NCBI GenBank assembly: GCA_020184695.1
Contig: JAANOX010000052.1
Span: 124,001-188,000, forward strand
From: Histomonas meleagridis 2922-C6/04-290x
Taxonomy: Eukaryota; Protista; Parabasalia
DNA length: 64,000 nt
Direction of reading: 5' to 3'
The notes beneath the pieces are model-generated. The model was given only the letters and a program-made list of their open reading frames with translations, did no database searches and was not told where the DNA came from. Of this stretch, positions 1 through 11,200 are shown one piece after another. Each line of letters opens with the position of its first letter. Position 1 is the first letter of the stretch. Made by a program: the position numbers and the translations under genes.

Positions 1-9
1 ATTATTCAT

Positions 10-2891
10 ATGATATATTATTCCTTTGTGATTAAAAATAATAATGTAGATTTATTTTTGAATATTATAAAAGAAATAAGAAAATTTGAAGAAATTAATA
101 AAATCAAATCTGATATATTTGATATATTTGGGCGATTTCTTAATAATAAAAATTCAAATGAATCATCTTATCTTCTTGAAGCTATGATTGAACATAATTT
201 TCTTGAACCAAACATTGTTAAAAACAACCAGAGTGCCTATTTTGCGCATTACATGTCTAAAGAAGAATTAGCAATCTATTTAAGGGAACATGATTTTGTA
301 AATTATGAAGAACTTTCAAAAAATGATTGGAAACTTCATAAGAAATATGTTAAAGAAGGACATAATCCGAATGAAATTGCGAAAATCATTCGAAAAGATG
401 AAATGGAAAAACTTCAAGAAATATCATCACAAACAAATTTTGATTATAATCAAACAATTAAACCATCACTTTATGAAAGATGTTCATTTATTAATCAAAA
501 GAATGTTTCATTAATTGATTATGCAGCATTCTTTGGATCTATTAAATGTTTTAAATATTTACTTATGAATAATGCAAACGTAAATAATACAGGTAAATAT
601 GCGATTGTAGGTGGAAATGAAGAAATCATTCATTTATGTGAACAAAATCATTCATCATTTGTAGGTGCATATGAAACAGCAATTGAATTTCATCAAAATG
701 ATATCTTTAAATATTTTTATGAGAATAAATTAAAAGAAATTAAGAATTTAGAAGAATTAGGGAAAAAATGTATTGTATATCATAATTATGAACTTTTATC
801 ATATTTACAAGAAAATGACATGAAAATTAATGACAATATTATTAATGAAGCTGTATTAACAGGAAATTTATTTCTTACCGAATATTTTTCTTAAATTCAA
901 CCAAATCCCAAAAAATATTTTAGTATTTTCAATGGAATCTGAAAATGTTGAACTTATCAAAACCATTATAGAAAAAGAAGGAATTAATATTAATATTAAT
1001 GCTAAAGATAAAATAAATTTAAATAATTTTATATTTCAAAATAATATTTGGAAATAATTTAAAATATTTAATACAGCACTTATTTGGGCATCTGGAAAAG
1101 GTCATACAGAAATACTTAAATTACTTCTTGAACAAGAAGGAATTGATATTAATGCTAAAGATAAAATAAATTTAAATAATTTGATGTTTCAAAATAATAT
1201 TTGGAAATTATTTAAATTATTTGAAACAGCACTTACTTGGGCATCACAAAAAGGTTATACAGAAATAGTTAAAATACTTCTTGAACAAGAAGGAATTGAT
1301 ATTAATGCTAAAGATAAAATTTATTTTAGTAATATAATATTTCAAAATAATATATGGAAATAATTTAAAATATTTTACACAGCACTTACTTGGGCATCTA
1401 AAAATGGTTATACAGAAATAGTTAAAATACTTCTTGAACAAGAAGGAATTGATATTAATGCTAAAAATATTTATTCGTTTTATTTTGGATTTATTTTAAT
1501 AATTTATTATTTCAAAATAATATTTGGAAATTATTTATATTATTTGAAACAGCACTTATGATAGCATCTAAAAGAGGTTATACAGAAATAGTTAAATTAC
1601 TTCTTGAACAAGAAGGAATTGATATTAATGCTAAAAATATTTATTCGTTTTATTTTGGATTTATTTTAATAATTTTATATTTCAAAATAATATTTGGAAA
1701 TTATTTAAATTATTTTACACAGCACTTATTAGAGCATCTTGGAATGGTCATACAGAAATAGTTAAAATACTTCTTGAACAAGAAGGAATTGATATTAATG
1801 CTAAAGATAATATTTATTTTAATAATTTGGCATTTTAAAATAATATTTGGAAATTATTTAAATTATTTAGAACAGCACTTATTGATGCATCTTCATATGG
1901 TCATTCAGAAATAGTTAAATTACTTCTTGAACAAAAAGGAATTGATATTAATGTTATAGCTAAAATTTATTTTAATAATTTTATGTTTCAAAATAATATT
2001 TGGAAATTATTTAAATTATTTGAAACAGCACTTATTTTAGCATCTGAAAATGGTCATACAGAAATAGTTAAATTACTTCTTGAACAAGAAGGAATTGATA
2101 TTAATGCTAAAGATAAAATAAATTTAAATAATTTGATATTTCAAAATAATATTTAGAAATAATTTAAATTATTTCAGACAGCACTTATTGTAGCATCTTT
2201 AAAAGGTCATACAGATATCGTTAAATTACTTCTTGAACAAGAAGGAATTGATATTAATGTTATTGATGATATTTATTTTAATAATTTATTATATCAAAAT
2301 AATATTTGGAAATTATTAAAATTATTTAGAACAGCACTTATGAGAGCATCACAAAAAGGTCATACAGATATCGTTAAATTACTTCTTGAACAAGAAGGAA
2401 TTGATATTAATGCTAAAGATAAAATTTATTTTAGTAATTTTATATTTCGAAATAATATTTAAAAATAATTTAAATTATTTCAAACAGCACTTATTGTAGC
2501 ATCTTGGAATGGTCATACAGAAATAGTTAAAATACTTCTCGAACAAGAAGGAATTGATATTAATGCTAAAGATAAAATAAATTTAAGTAATTTTATATTT
2601 CAAAATACAATTTGGAAATAATTTAAAATATTTTGGACAGCACTTACTTGGGCATCACAAAAAGGTTATACAGAGATAGTTAAAATACTTCTTAAACAAG
2701 AAGGAATTGATATTAATGCTAAAGATAAAATAAATTTAAATAATTTGATGTTTCAAAATAATATTTGGAAATTATTTAAATTATTTGAAACAGCACTTAC
2801 TTGGGCATCACAAAAAGGTTATACAGAAATAGTTAAAATACTTCTTGCACAAGAGAATATTGATAGTGATACTGGAAATTCATATAAATAA
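10..2891 (+). CDS. Ankyrin gene A: N-terminal DUF3447-type domain followed by 12 ankyrin repeats, each interrupted by an intron-like spacer
   Basis: ORF 10-894 has the parabasalid ankyrin-family N-domain (LIDYAAFFGSIKCFKYLL, GGNEEII). Removing one T from the T5 run at 885-889 continues it in frame (EYFLKFNQIPKNILVFSMESENVELIK...INAKD), matching paralog 59154-59606. Cores TAL...GIDINAKD start at 1073, 1226, 1379, 1549, 1719, 1872, 2025, 2178, 2331, 2484, 2637, 2790. Ends IDSDTGNSYK* (TAA 2889-2891). Whether it is functional is uncertain. Confidence 0.7.
1010..2891 (+). repeat. Tandem array of 12 ankyrin units (90-nt core + 63- or 80-nt spacer; period 153 or 170)
   Basis: Periods between ACAGCA starts counted directly: 153 except two of 170 (1379-1549, 1549-1719). 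Confidence 0.95.
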
Positions 2892-4270
2892 ATTGAATAA
2901 CGATTTAAATTTATATGTGCATATTATTATTATTATTATTATTATTTAATAATAATAAAAAATTCTGAAGAAATATTTTATTCATGAATAATTAAATATA
3001 AAAATATGATTAACAACAAATATTTTATCCAAGAAGATTATCAAGCCATTCATCAAGACTTTTTTCTTGTTTTATTTCTTCTTGTTGAGTGTTTATTTCT
3101 TGTGTTTGTTTTGACGTTGAAAAAGATTGATTAATTTCTGATTCAAGTGTTGGAACAGGAACTAAAAAACCATTTGAAAGTTGATCTTCGAATGAAAGTT
3201 CTCGAAGAACTTCTGAAAAATCTTGGTTAAGTTCGTCCTTCGTTTCAACTATTTCTTTGGTAAATGGTAATTGGCGTGTACAATTAGAAATCGTTGAATG
3301 AAGTAATTCTAAGTTTCTATTATTTGTGTCTTGTTCAAAACGCCAAGCATTTGTTTCAGGTTGAAAACTTCGTTGATTTTGTTGATTTCTCCTTTGTGAG
3401 TATCCGTGATGATTTGCTTGATTACTTTTCTTTTTAAATCCTTTTTTATTATGATCAATATTTCCCATTGTTTGTTTGTTGGGGTGCCCTGATCACAACG
3501 TTTAATAAATAATTTCAAAAATTAAAAAAAAATGAAACGACCAAAATATGAAACACTTGGAAATCATCTTAATTGGTTATTAAAAGCTAATATGTTACAA
3601 GAATCAGTTCGCGAAATTGAAGAATATTTTAACGACCCAGATGTTTTTGAGTGGGATTTTCATTTTCAAGAAGTTGTAGATATTTCATTAAAAATCTCTA
3701 TTAAAAGTCTTAAAGTATTTCCGAAATTATTCAGTAAAATGATTCAATTATCGACAAGTCAAGAAAAAGATCTTGTTCCAAAACTTTTTCTAGAACATGT
3801 TCAAAATTGTCGAATGCGTATTTTCAGATGATCAAATTGTTCTTGGTGAAAGTAAGAAGCTCATTAAAATTTCAATTCCTTATAAATATTATGAAGAACA
3901 TTTTTTAACGCCATCAATTAATTATCTTATTTGTACTGTTGAAAGTATATTAACTATACTTCAAGAATATAAAGAATATATTGTATTTTATTATCAACTT
4001 TTAAATTTAAGTTATGATATTGCGTTAGAATATTCATCATCTAAATTCCTTGAAGTTCTTAATTTAAAACTTGAAAAATCGCTTGAAATATTTGATATTA
4101 ATATTCAAACAGAATTATTAATGATTGATACACTTTTTAAAAGTTATTCCACTAATAAAGAATTTTTATATTTTGAAGAATCAAAAAAATATTTGGGTGA
4201 ATTAAGCGTATTTTTATCGACGTTCACATCGCCACTTGAAAAACATGAAGAATTTCTAATTGAGAAAATA
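2860..4270. repeat. Left arm of inverted segmental duplication (partner 61085-62463)
   Basis: Reverse-complement near-identity from the ankyrin C-terminus (ttgatagtgatactgg) through the 147-aa ORF and the 5' part of the 385-aa gene, ending at tgagaaaata (4261-4270). Confidence 0.95.
3025..3468 (-). CDS. Hypothetical protein, 147 aa (copy of 61864-62307)
   Basis: ATG-initiated ORF kept open in both duplicate copies (about 3 aa differences); no recognisable domain. Confidence 0.6.
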   Translation of the reverse strand: MGNIDHNKKGFKKKSNQANHHGYSQRRNQQNQRSFQPETNAWRFEQDTNNRNLELLHSTISNCTRQLPFTKEIVETKDELNQDFSEVLRELSFEDQLSNGFLVPVPTLESEINQSFSTSKQTQEINTQQEEIKQEKSLDEWLDNLLG

Positions 4271-4357
4271 TATCTTCAAGAAGGGGGGATAATGGCCCCG
4301 CCGGGCTTTTTCAGTGAAATACGATCACAGGCACAGGGGTGGGTTGGATGTGATTGA
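3532..4357 (+). pseudogene. Frameshifted, 3'-truncated copy of the 385-aa hypothetical gene
   Basis: Extra T at 3821-3824 (ATT TTC AGA TGA vs ATT TCA GAT in the right copy). Homology to the right copy stops after LIEKI at 4270 and runs into unrelated GC-rich sequence. Confidence 0.75.
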
Positions 4358-5224
4358 ATAATTTACATCAAAATTGAATGATTTTTGAGAATTTTCATAC
4401 AGGAAAGTTCCATTTGCTTCTTTTATCAAATTGTAAGTTTCTGTTGGATCTTCCTGAGAAGCCAGCAAAAATGAACAACAAATCGAAATTTATGATTAAA
4501 AAAAAAAAAATGATTGTCATAATCTTAAATCGTTTATAACATCATTCGATTATACATTGATTGGAATTTTTATCCAGAAAGTTTCCTTGTATTTCCTATT
4601 AATTAATATTTGAAAGTTACGAATTTAATGAACCATTTTTTAATATTAACGTTCTCATGTAGAGTAAGATTGTACTGCTTTATCATTTTAAATATCCAAC
4701 TCATAAATAAAGTTAAAGAACACTTGTTTCCATCAAAGAAGAGCAAATTGACGTGATGCTCAAGCACGATTTTGTTCATAAAGAAAAAGAACAAATTTTT
4801 TTGAACACAAATGTTTTGAACGGACGATTTTACATCTATCCAAAATGTTGATAGAGTATAGATTTAAAACATATGATAAAAAATGTATTATATTAAAGAA
4901 ACAAAGTATTATCTCGAAAAAAAAACTTTTATTTAAGATCGAATTTTTTCAAATATATAAATATTATATATAAGCAATATACAGATTATCACGAGATTTC
5001 GTGTCCAGGTAAATATGTATTTCACATTTTAGTGTAGAGTAGCATATGGTCCAAATGAATTCATATTTTAATTTTCGATGCAAAAACTTTAATTTGTCTC
5101 ATGCGCAGATTTCAGGTATTCGAAGCAAATCTCTCCCTTCTACTGTAAATGCAGATCAGAGAGTTCTATTGTTAACATTCATAAATCGGAATTTATAATA
5201 AAACTTATAGTTTATTTTAAACAG

Positions 5225-8200
5225 TTATAATTCGTCCTCTAAAAACTCCAAATCATAAACAGAGACTTCGAACAACGACAAGTCGACCACCAGATCATTG
5301 ATTGCGTATAAGCTGACCTTCTTTTCCTGTATCACGTTGAACTCTCCCGTATCGAATTCGATTGCGCACAGTCTGATCATTCCACTTCTGAACCCCAACA
5401 GAACATATTTATCAAATGTAGTGAATCCTGATCCGAAGAAATTTATTGCTGTAATTTCGTCATCAAATGAAATTTTACGTATCAAATGGCCATTTAAAGT
5501 GTATTGGAGCATTTCTTTGCCAGATCCAACAAACATCGAATTTGTATCTTCATCAATTTTTAAGGTCTTAACATTCTCAATTGGTATTATTGCGTTCAGG
5601 ATGCCATGAGAAATCGACCAGATGACAATTTCAGTCATACAAACAGTGACACACATTAATTGTTTTTCGGAGATATATGAAAATAATGGTGATGGACGTA
5701 AGAGAGAGGTCTGCTCTATGTATTGGTTATCATTTAGAACCCTTAAAATTGATACCTTGGAATAAAAATATGTTATTGATACAAATGCATTTCGTTTTGA
5801 AAATGCCGTATGTATAGAACCATCAGTGAAATTACTTGGTATGGTTTGTTTCTTTCCAGTTAGAACATTTGGTGGGTTAATAATATATATTAAGTTTAAC
5901 GGATCGATTTTGCCCCTTTCAATCGACTTTTTGTGAGGCGTTGTGAATAATTGACAGGGAACCGTTCCACAATTCAAAACCCACCTTTGCTTCTGCTCAA
6001 TTTCTTCGGTTGTTGACAAATTTGATATGTACGATAGAGGGTGATACAAGTTAAACGACTTCTCTGCTTCTTCGCCCGTTAACTTATAACCGAAAGTCAA
6101 ATCAAACCAATGATGGATCTCACTTCGAACTTGCTGCGATTCTAAGGCATATCTATGCAGCTCAATAAATTGGAATATGTTGTTGGCCCATTTAGGTAAT
6201 ATACAATCAAAATTATCATCATTCGGTAAAACATAATTGTTTAAATTTAAAAATACTTCTGGGAAACAATAAAACTCTGGTGTTAATTCATAATGTGTTT
6301 TTGCATGAATTGAAACATTTTTAGGAAATGATATAAAATGTCGATTACCACTATCCCAACCATCATTTATACACCATTGAAACCTACTATAAGGCTCAAA
6401 TCTACAAAATATTATCGATACGTTCATAGAATTATTTAAATTTTCTGGATGATGAAATCCTTGAGTCTTAAATCGTTTTTGTAATTGTTCATGTGTAGGA
6501 TCAGTATCTGATATTACTTCAATTTGTTGGTCCATTGGTCTCATATTACCATTAATTTCAAATGTTTCTTGGTTCAAGTCCATTAATACTCTTGGAACTA
6601 TAGGATAAGAAGATAAATCAGAGAATGATCGATTTGCGTGAAAGTTCAAAACGTTTATATAATCAAGATTTGACATTTTACAATTAATCCAATTCCTATT
6701 ACATTCTTCTAGATTGATATAAGCCAACGGTGACGTAAAGCATTGAATCGAAGGCGTTTCATTGAATTCGAGAATAAACGTTCCCTGCGAAATTGAACAT
6801 ATTAAAAGTGACGTTGGAATTGCAGTGTAAATATATTTTTGTATTAGTAAAATATCTTTTTGTTTAATTTTGATAATAAAATGGCCTTTAAACAAAGAAT
6901 ATTCACCGAATTCATTTAAGAGGATTGAGTCATATAAAGATAAATGATTATTTGATAAATAATCAATTTCTTCTAATGTTATATTTGTTTCATCTTTTTC
7001 TTTTGAAACTTTTGCTCCAAATAACAAAAGATAATCTTGATGAAGCTTTTGGTGTATTAACACGCAATTTATCGAGTTGAATGATTTAATTAAAGTACAA
7101 TTTTGGAATCGACTTATCTCTGGATAAAAGTATCTTAAGAATGTCATATTCGATTGATATTGAAAATTACATAAAGCTGAATATTTAAATAAATGTTCAG
7201 GGAAATAAAAAGGGATTTTAAAACCTTTTTGTTCGAAATTAAAATATTTTGTACTTTTCACTTGTATCGGTTCTATTTGTTTTTCGTTAGGAGCATTAAT
7301 TCTATAAGGAGCAGAGAATAAAATCTCTGGACAAACACTTGGCAAAGAGAATGGTGAAATATGGAATGACTTTGTATTAATTTTATTTTGATTTTGTGAT
7401 GAAACTCTAAGTCTATTTTGATATATTAAAGTATAATTTATTTCTTTTTTCAATAAATGATAATTCATAGTATCGATAAAGAGTTTTTCATTATGAATAC
7501 AATTAAAAGTATTAACAGCCGCATAAGTATAAAACAAACGAATATGTTCTATACCGAATTGTGTATTATTATCACAATTCTTTAATAAAACTTTACGCTT
7601 TTTATTGAAATAATTAGTAAACTTTTCTTCTAATGGTAATATATAATCTGGATTTTTATCAATGTTAAAAATAATTTTTTGATAATTATTCTCTGCTAAT
7701 TGTTGTATACATGTAGATTCTTCATTCTTAATAAAGATACTTGACTTAATAGAATCTACTAAATGATTATATATGTTTGTAACGCCAGAGAATTCACGAC
7801 AAACATTTTGCTTTAATAAATGTACCATTAAAAATAATGCTTGTTCTGGGTTTTTAGCTTTCCATTTCTTAAGATTCGAACTTAAAGTTTCTACTAATAA
7901 TGCAATATCATCTTGAACAAAGAATCCAAAGAACAATGTAAAGAATTGTAAATATAATTGTAACTTTTGTGATGAACTAATACATGATTTAATGATTAAC
8001 TTAAGTAAATAAGATGATTGTAATAATAATGGAAATCTATAACATGAAATAATGATTAACTTAATGATTAATTTAAGTTTCTTCTTTTTAATGTTTTTAG
8101 TTTTATCTAAATATTCAAGGAACTTTAATAATATCGATTCAATGATTTCAATTGTCGCATTACTTATAATTATTATTAATATACTTCGAATTAATGTTAA

Positions 8201-11200
8201 GTCATTAATTTTACCAAATGTTATAACTTCAACAAGTTTAGTGACTAAATTTATAAGATATTGTGGAAATGGTGATTGAACATTATATTGATTACTAATT
8301 TTATTTAACTTAGTATGAAATATTGGAAATGATTTTTCTAAGTTATTAAAAAATGGTTTATTTTTAGAGTTAAACTCAAAGTTTTCAACATCTTTATAAA
8401 TCGATTGATCGATATTAATATTTGGTAATTGTGATTTACCATTAATGAAATTAATTAAACATGAAGAAATTTGTGGCTTTAAAAACACGGAATAATTCTT
8501 TAAGCTTAATAATATGTTATTATATTCATCTTGTTCTTTATATTGTGTCGATGATAATAATGATAAAAGTATTGGTATTAATAAATCTTCGTTTTTATTA
8601 TTTTTAATTCCATTCATTATATATTTCCATAAAATCGAATTATCAGCAAAACGTTTTGATGCAGAACAAATTGTATATAAATATTTCGGCTCAGAATATA
8701 TAGAAATTGCTCTCATAAAGAAATCAAATGCAGATTTCTTAGGTAATATAAATGAATATATTAAAAGATATTCGATCTTTAATAAAGAAAGATGTCGTTC
8801 TTTTTCGATACATAATAAACATCTCGCAATTGTATCTAATATAACAGAATTATTATCAAATGATAAAAATGTATTTGTAGGATCATCAAAATGTTCATAA
8901 GACCAATAATTACAATAATTAAATATATCAACTAATGGTTGTATATGTTTAGTATCTTTAACACGTGTTAATATTAATGTTAATAATGTCTCAATATTTA
9001 CTTTCATTAATGTATTGTCTTTAAAATATAATAATAAATAAAATAAATATAAAAATATACTTATCTTACATAAAGAATCAAAATTTAAAATTTCTTGTTT
9101 TTGTGATAAAGAATTTAAAACAGTTTTAATGAAATCACTTGTAATATTCGAATTAATTGATGACCATAATTCAGTATCATAAAAGAAATTCTTAAATGCT
9201 ATAGTTCGTTCATCAATATTTTTAATTCTACATATACAAAAGAATAAATTATTTAACCAATTAGAATTAATAAATTCTAATTTTTGTTTAAATGAATATA
9301 AACAATTAAATATAAACGTTTCAAAGTTTATATTCGAAAAATCCGGAATTTTATATAATATTAATAATAATTGTTCCATTCGTTTAGGATCTGTTTCTTT
9401 TTCAAATTCGGTAAATATCTTTAAAACTCGATCGAAATCATTATAAACTTTCGATAAAGGATAATAAGGTACTGATATTACACTTTGTGAACATTGTACT
9501 CGAAGATTATATTTAACAATATTCGTATGACCTTTAGTTGGTGGATCATAAGTAACAATTTCATCACCAATATAAAAAGGTACAGTTGGAAACAAATAAT
9601 CACTACCTATAGTTACAAATGAAATATCATCTTTCTCAGTAATAGGTATTGATTTAACTAAGTTATTATTAATTGTAATATTTAATGAAGTTTTATCAAT
9701 GACTTGTATTATGATATTATTCCATTTATTCCTTTCAATATTAAAAATGGGATTAGAATTTAATAATATTTGATCAGCAAAAACTTGTAAAGTAAAATTT
9801 CCTAAATGAAAAAATGGAAATGGATTTTCGATTTTATACGGAAAACATATATTAAATGATAAAATCGATTTTAATGGATCTAAAAGTTTAATATATGCAT
9901 ATTTCTCAGGGTTTGGTACCATTCGATACATTTTACAATTATTTTGTGGTATTAATGTTGATAAATTTAAAAAAAATGAAATATTTCGTTCGAAAGTTTT
10001 TTCGAATTCATCAGGAATTACAAATTGATGAAGAGATTTAATAGCAGTTGGTAATTTTTCTATTGGTAAATTAAGTTTATTTAATATAGGCAAAGAATAT
10101 TTACCAATTAATACTAAGTTCATTGGATCATTAGTATCAAAAGGAAAACATAAACATAATAATGAAGGAATTCTTAATAAACCTGTATTAGTTTTTGGGA
10201 ATATATAATCTTGAATTAATTCTCCTTGTAATTGAAATATCGGTGAATTCTTTGGTTGCTTAATAATCCATTCATCAAATATATATTGATGAGTATATTC
10301 TTCAAGATTTGAAAAAAATGAAAATAATTGTGGATAAAATGTGGTGATATCATTTAACATTAATTCGATTGGATAAAAACAATCCGAAGCTTTAACAGAT
10401 GAAATTATATTTGGCGCATTAAAATTAAATGTCTTTTTAAAGATGGAATATATAAAATCATCTAAAAAGTTATTAAAAAAGAATTTTATCATTACCGCAG
10501 AATAATTATTAGCTATTAAATTTGTTATCATTTGTTTTAATTCGGGATAATTATGTAATATATGTATTAATATTTTCATTAATTTCTCAGAATGATATTT
10601 CTTATTACTAAACATTAAATTAAATATATCAATAAATGATTTGTTACTTTTTAACATTTTTATTACTTCTACTAAAGAAGATTTAAATATAAATTTCTTA
10701 ATGAAATATTTCGTATTAATATATTCGAGATTTTTAATGTTTTGTATTAATAAATTATCAATCCAATTAAATATATTATCATATATTATATTCGGCTTTG
10801 TTAATGGTGTTACTTCATCATATATTAATGTTAATGATGAAGATATTGAGAAAGGTGAAACTTGAAAACAATTCGATAATATTAATGTGAATTTGGTGAA
10901 TAATCGAAAGTCTTCAGTAACTTCTTTACAGAACCAATTTTCGATTGAGAAAAATGATTCATTTACACAAAACTCAGATGTGAAAATATTATTTTGGTTT
11001 GCTATAAAACAAATAATTTCAAACTTATCATCAAGCGATACTTCTTTTTTCTGATAAAAATCAGATAACGCATTTAATATAATCGGGTTAATAGGAATTT
11101 GATCTTTATCAATCGAAAATGGTAATGCTAATTTATATAAATTAATCACTTCTTTGGAACTTGATTTTATTAATAAGTTATTGATTTGTTCATATTCTTT

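Noticed and set aside
1010-1072. U12 AT-AC intron or stop-codon reassignment as the explanation of the spacers
   Set aside because: No ATATCCTT donor or TCCTTAAC branch, and an AT...AC cut breaks the frame. TAA/TAG terminate normal genes here, and recoding cannot rescue 80/83-nt spacers.
1073-1102. Canonical GT-AG microexon model using ACAG| (Thr-Ala) as acceptor and G|GT (Gly) as donor, giving 24-nt exons
   Set aside because: The GT is absent in several units (GAT, GCT, AAT), there is no ACTAAC branch, and the supposed intron would contain the best-conserved ankyrin coding sequence.
1010-2891. CRISPR-like reading of the 153-bp array (also the 66-bp array)
   Set aside because: Eukaryotic context; the repeated part is protein-coding ankyrin, spacers are homologous rather than unique, and there are no cas genes.
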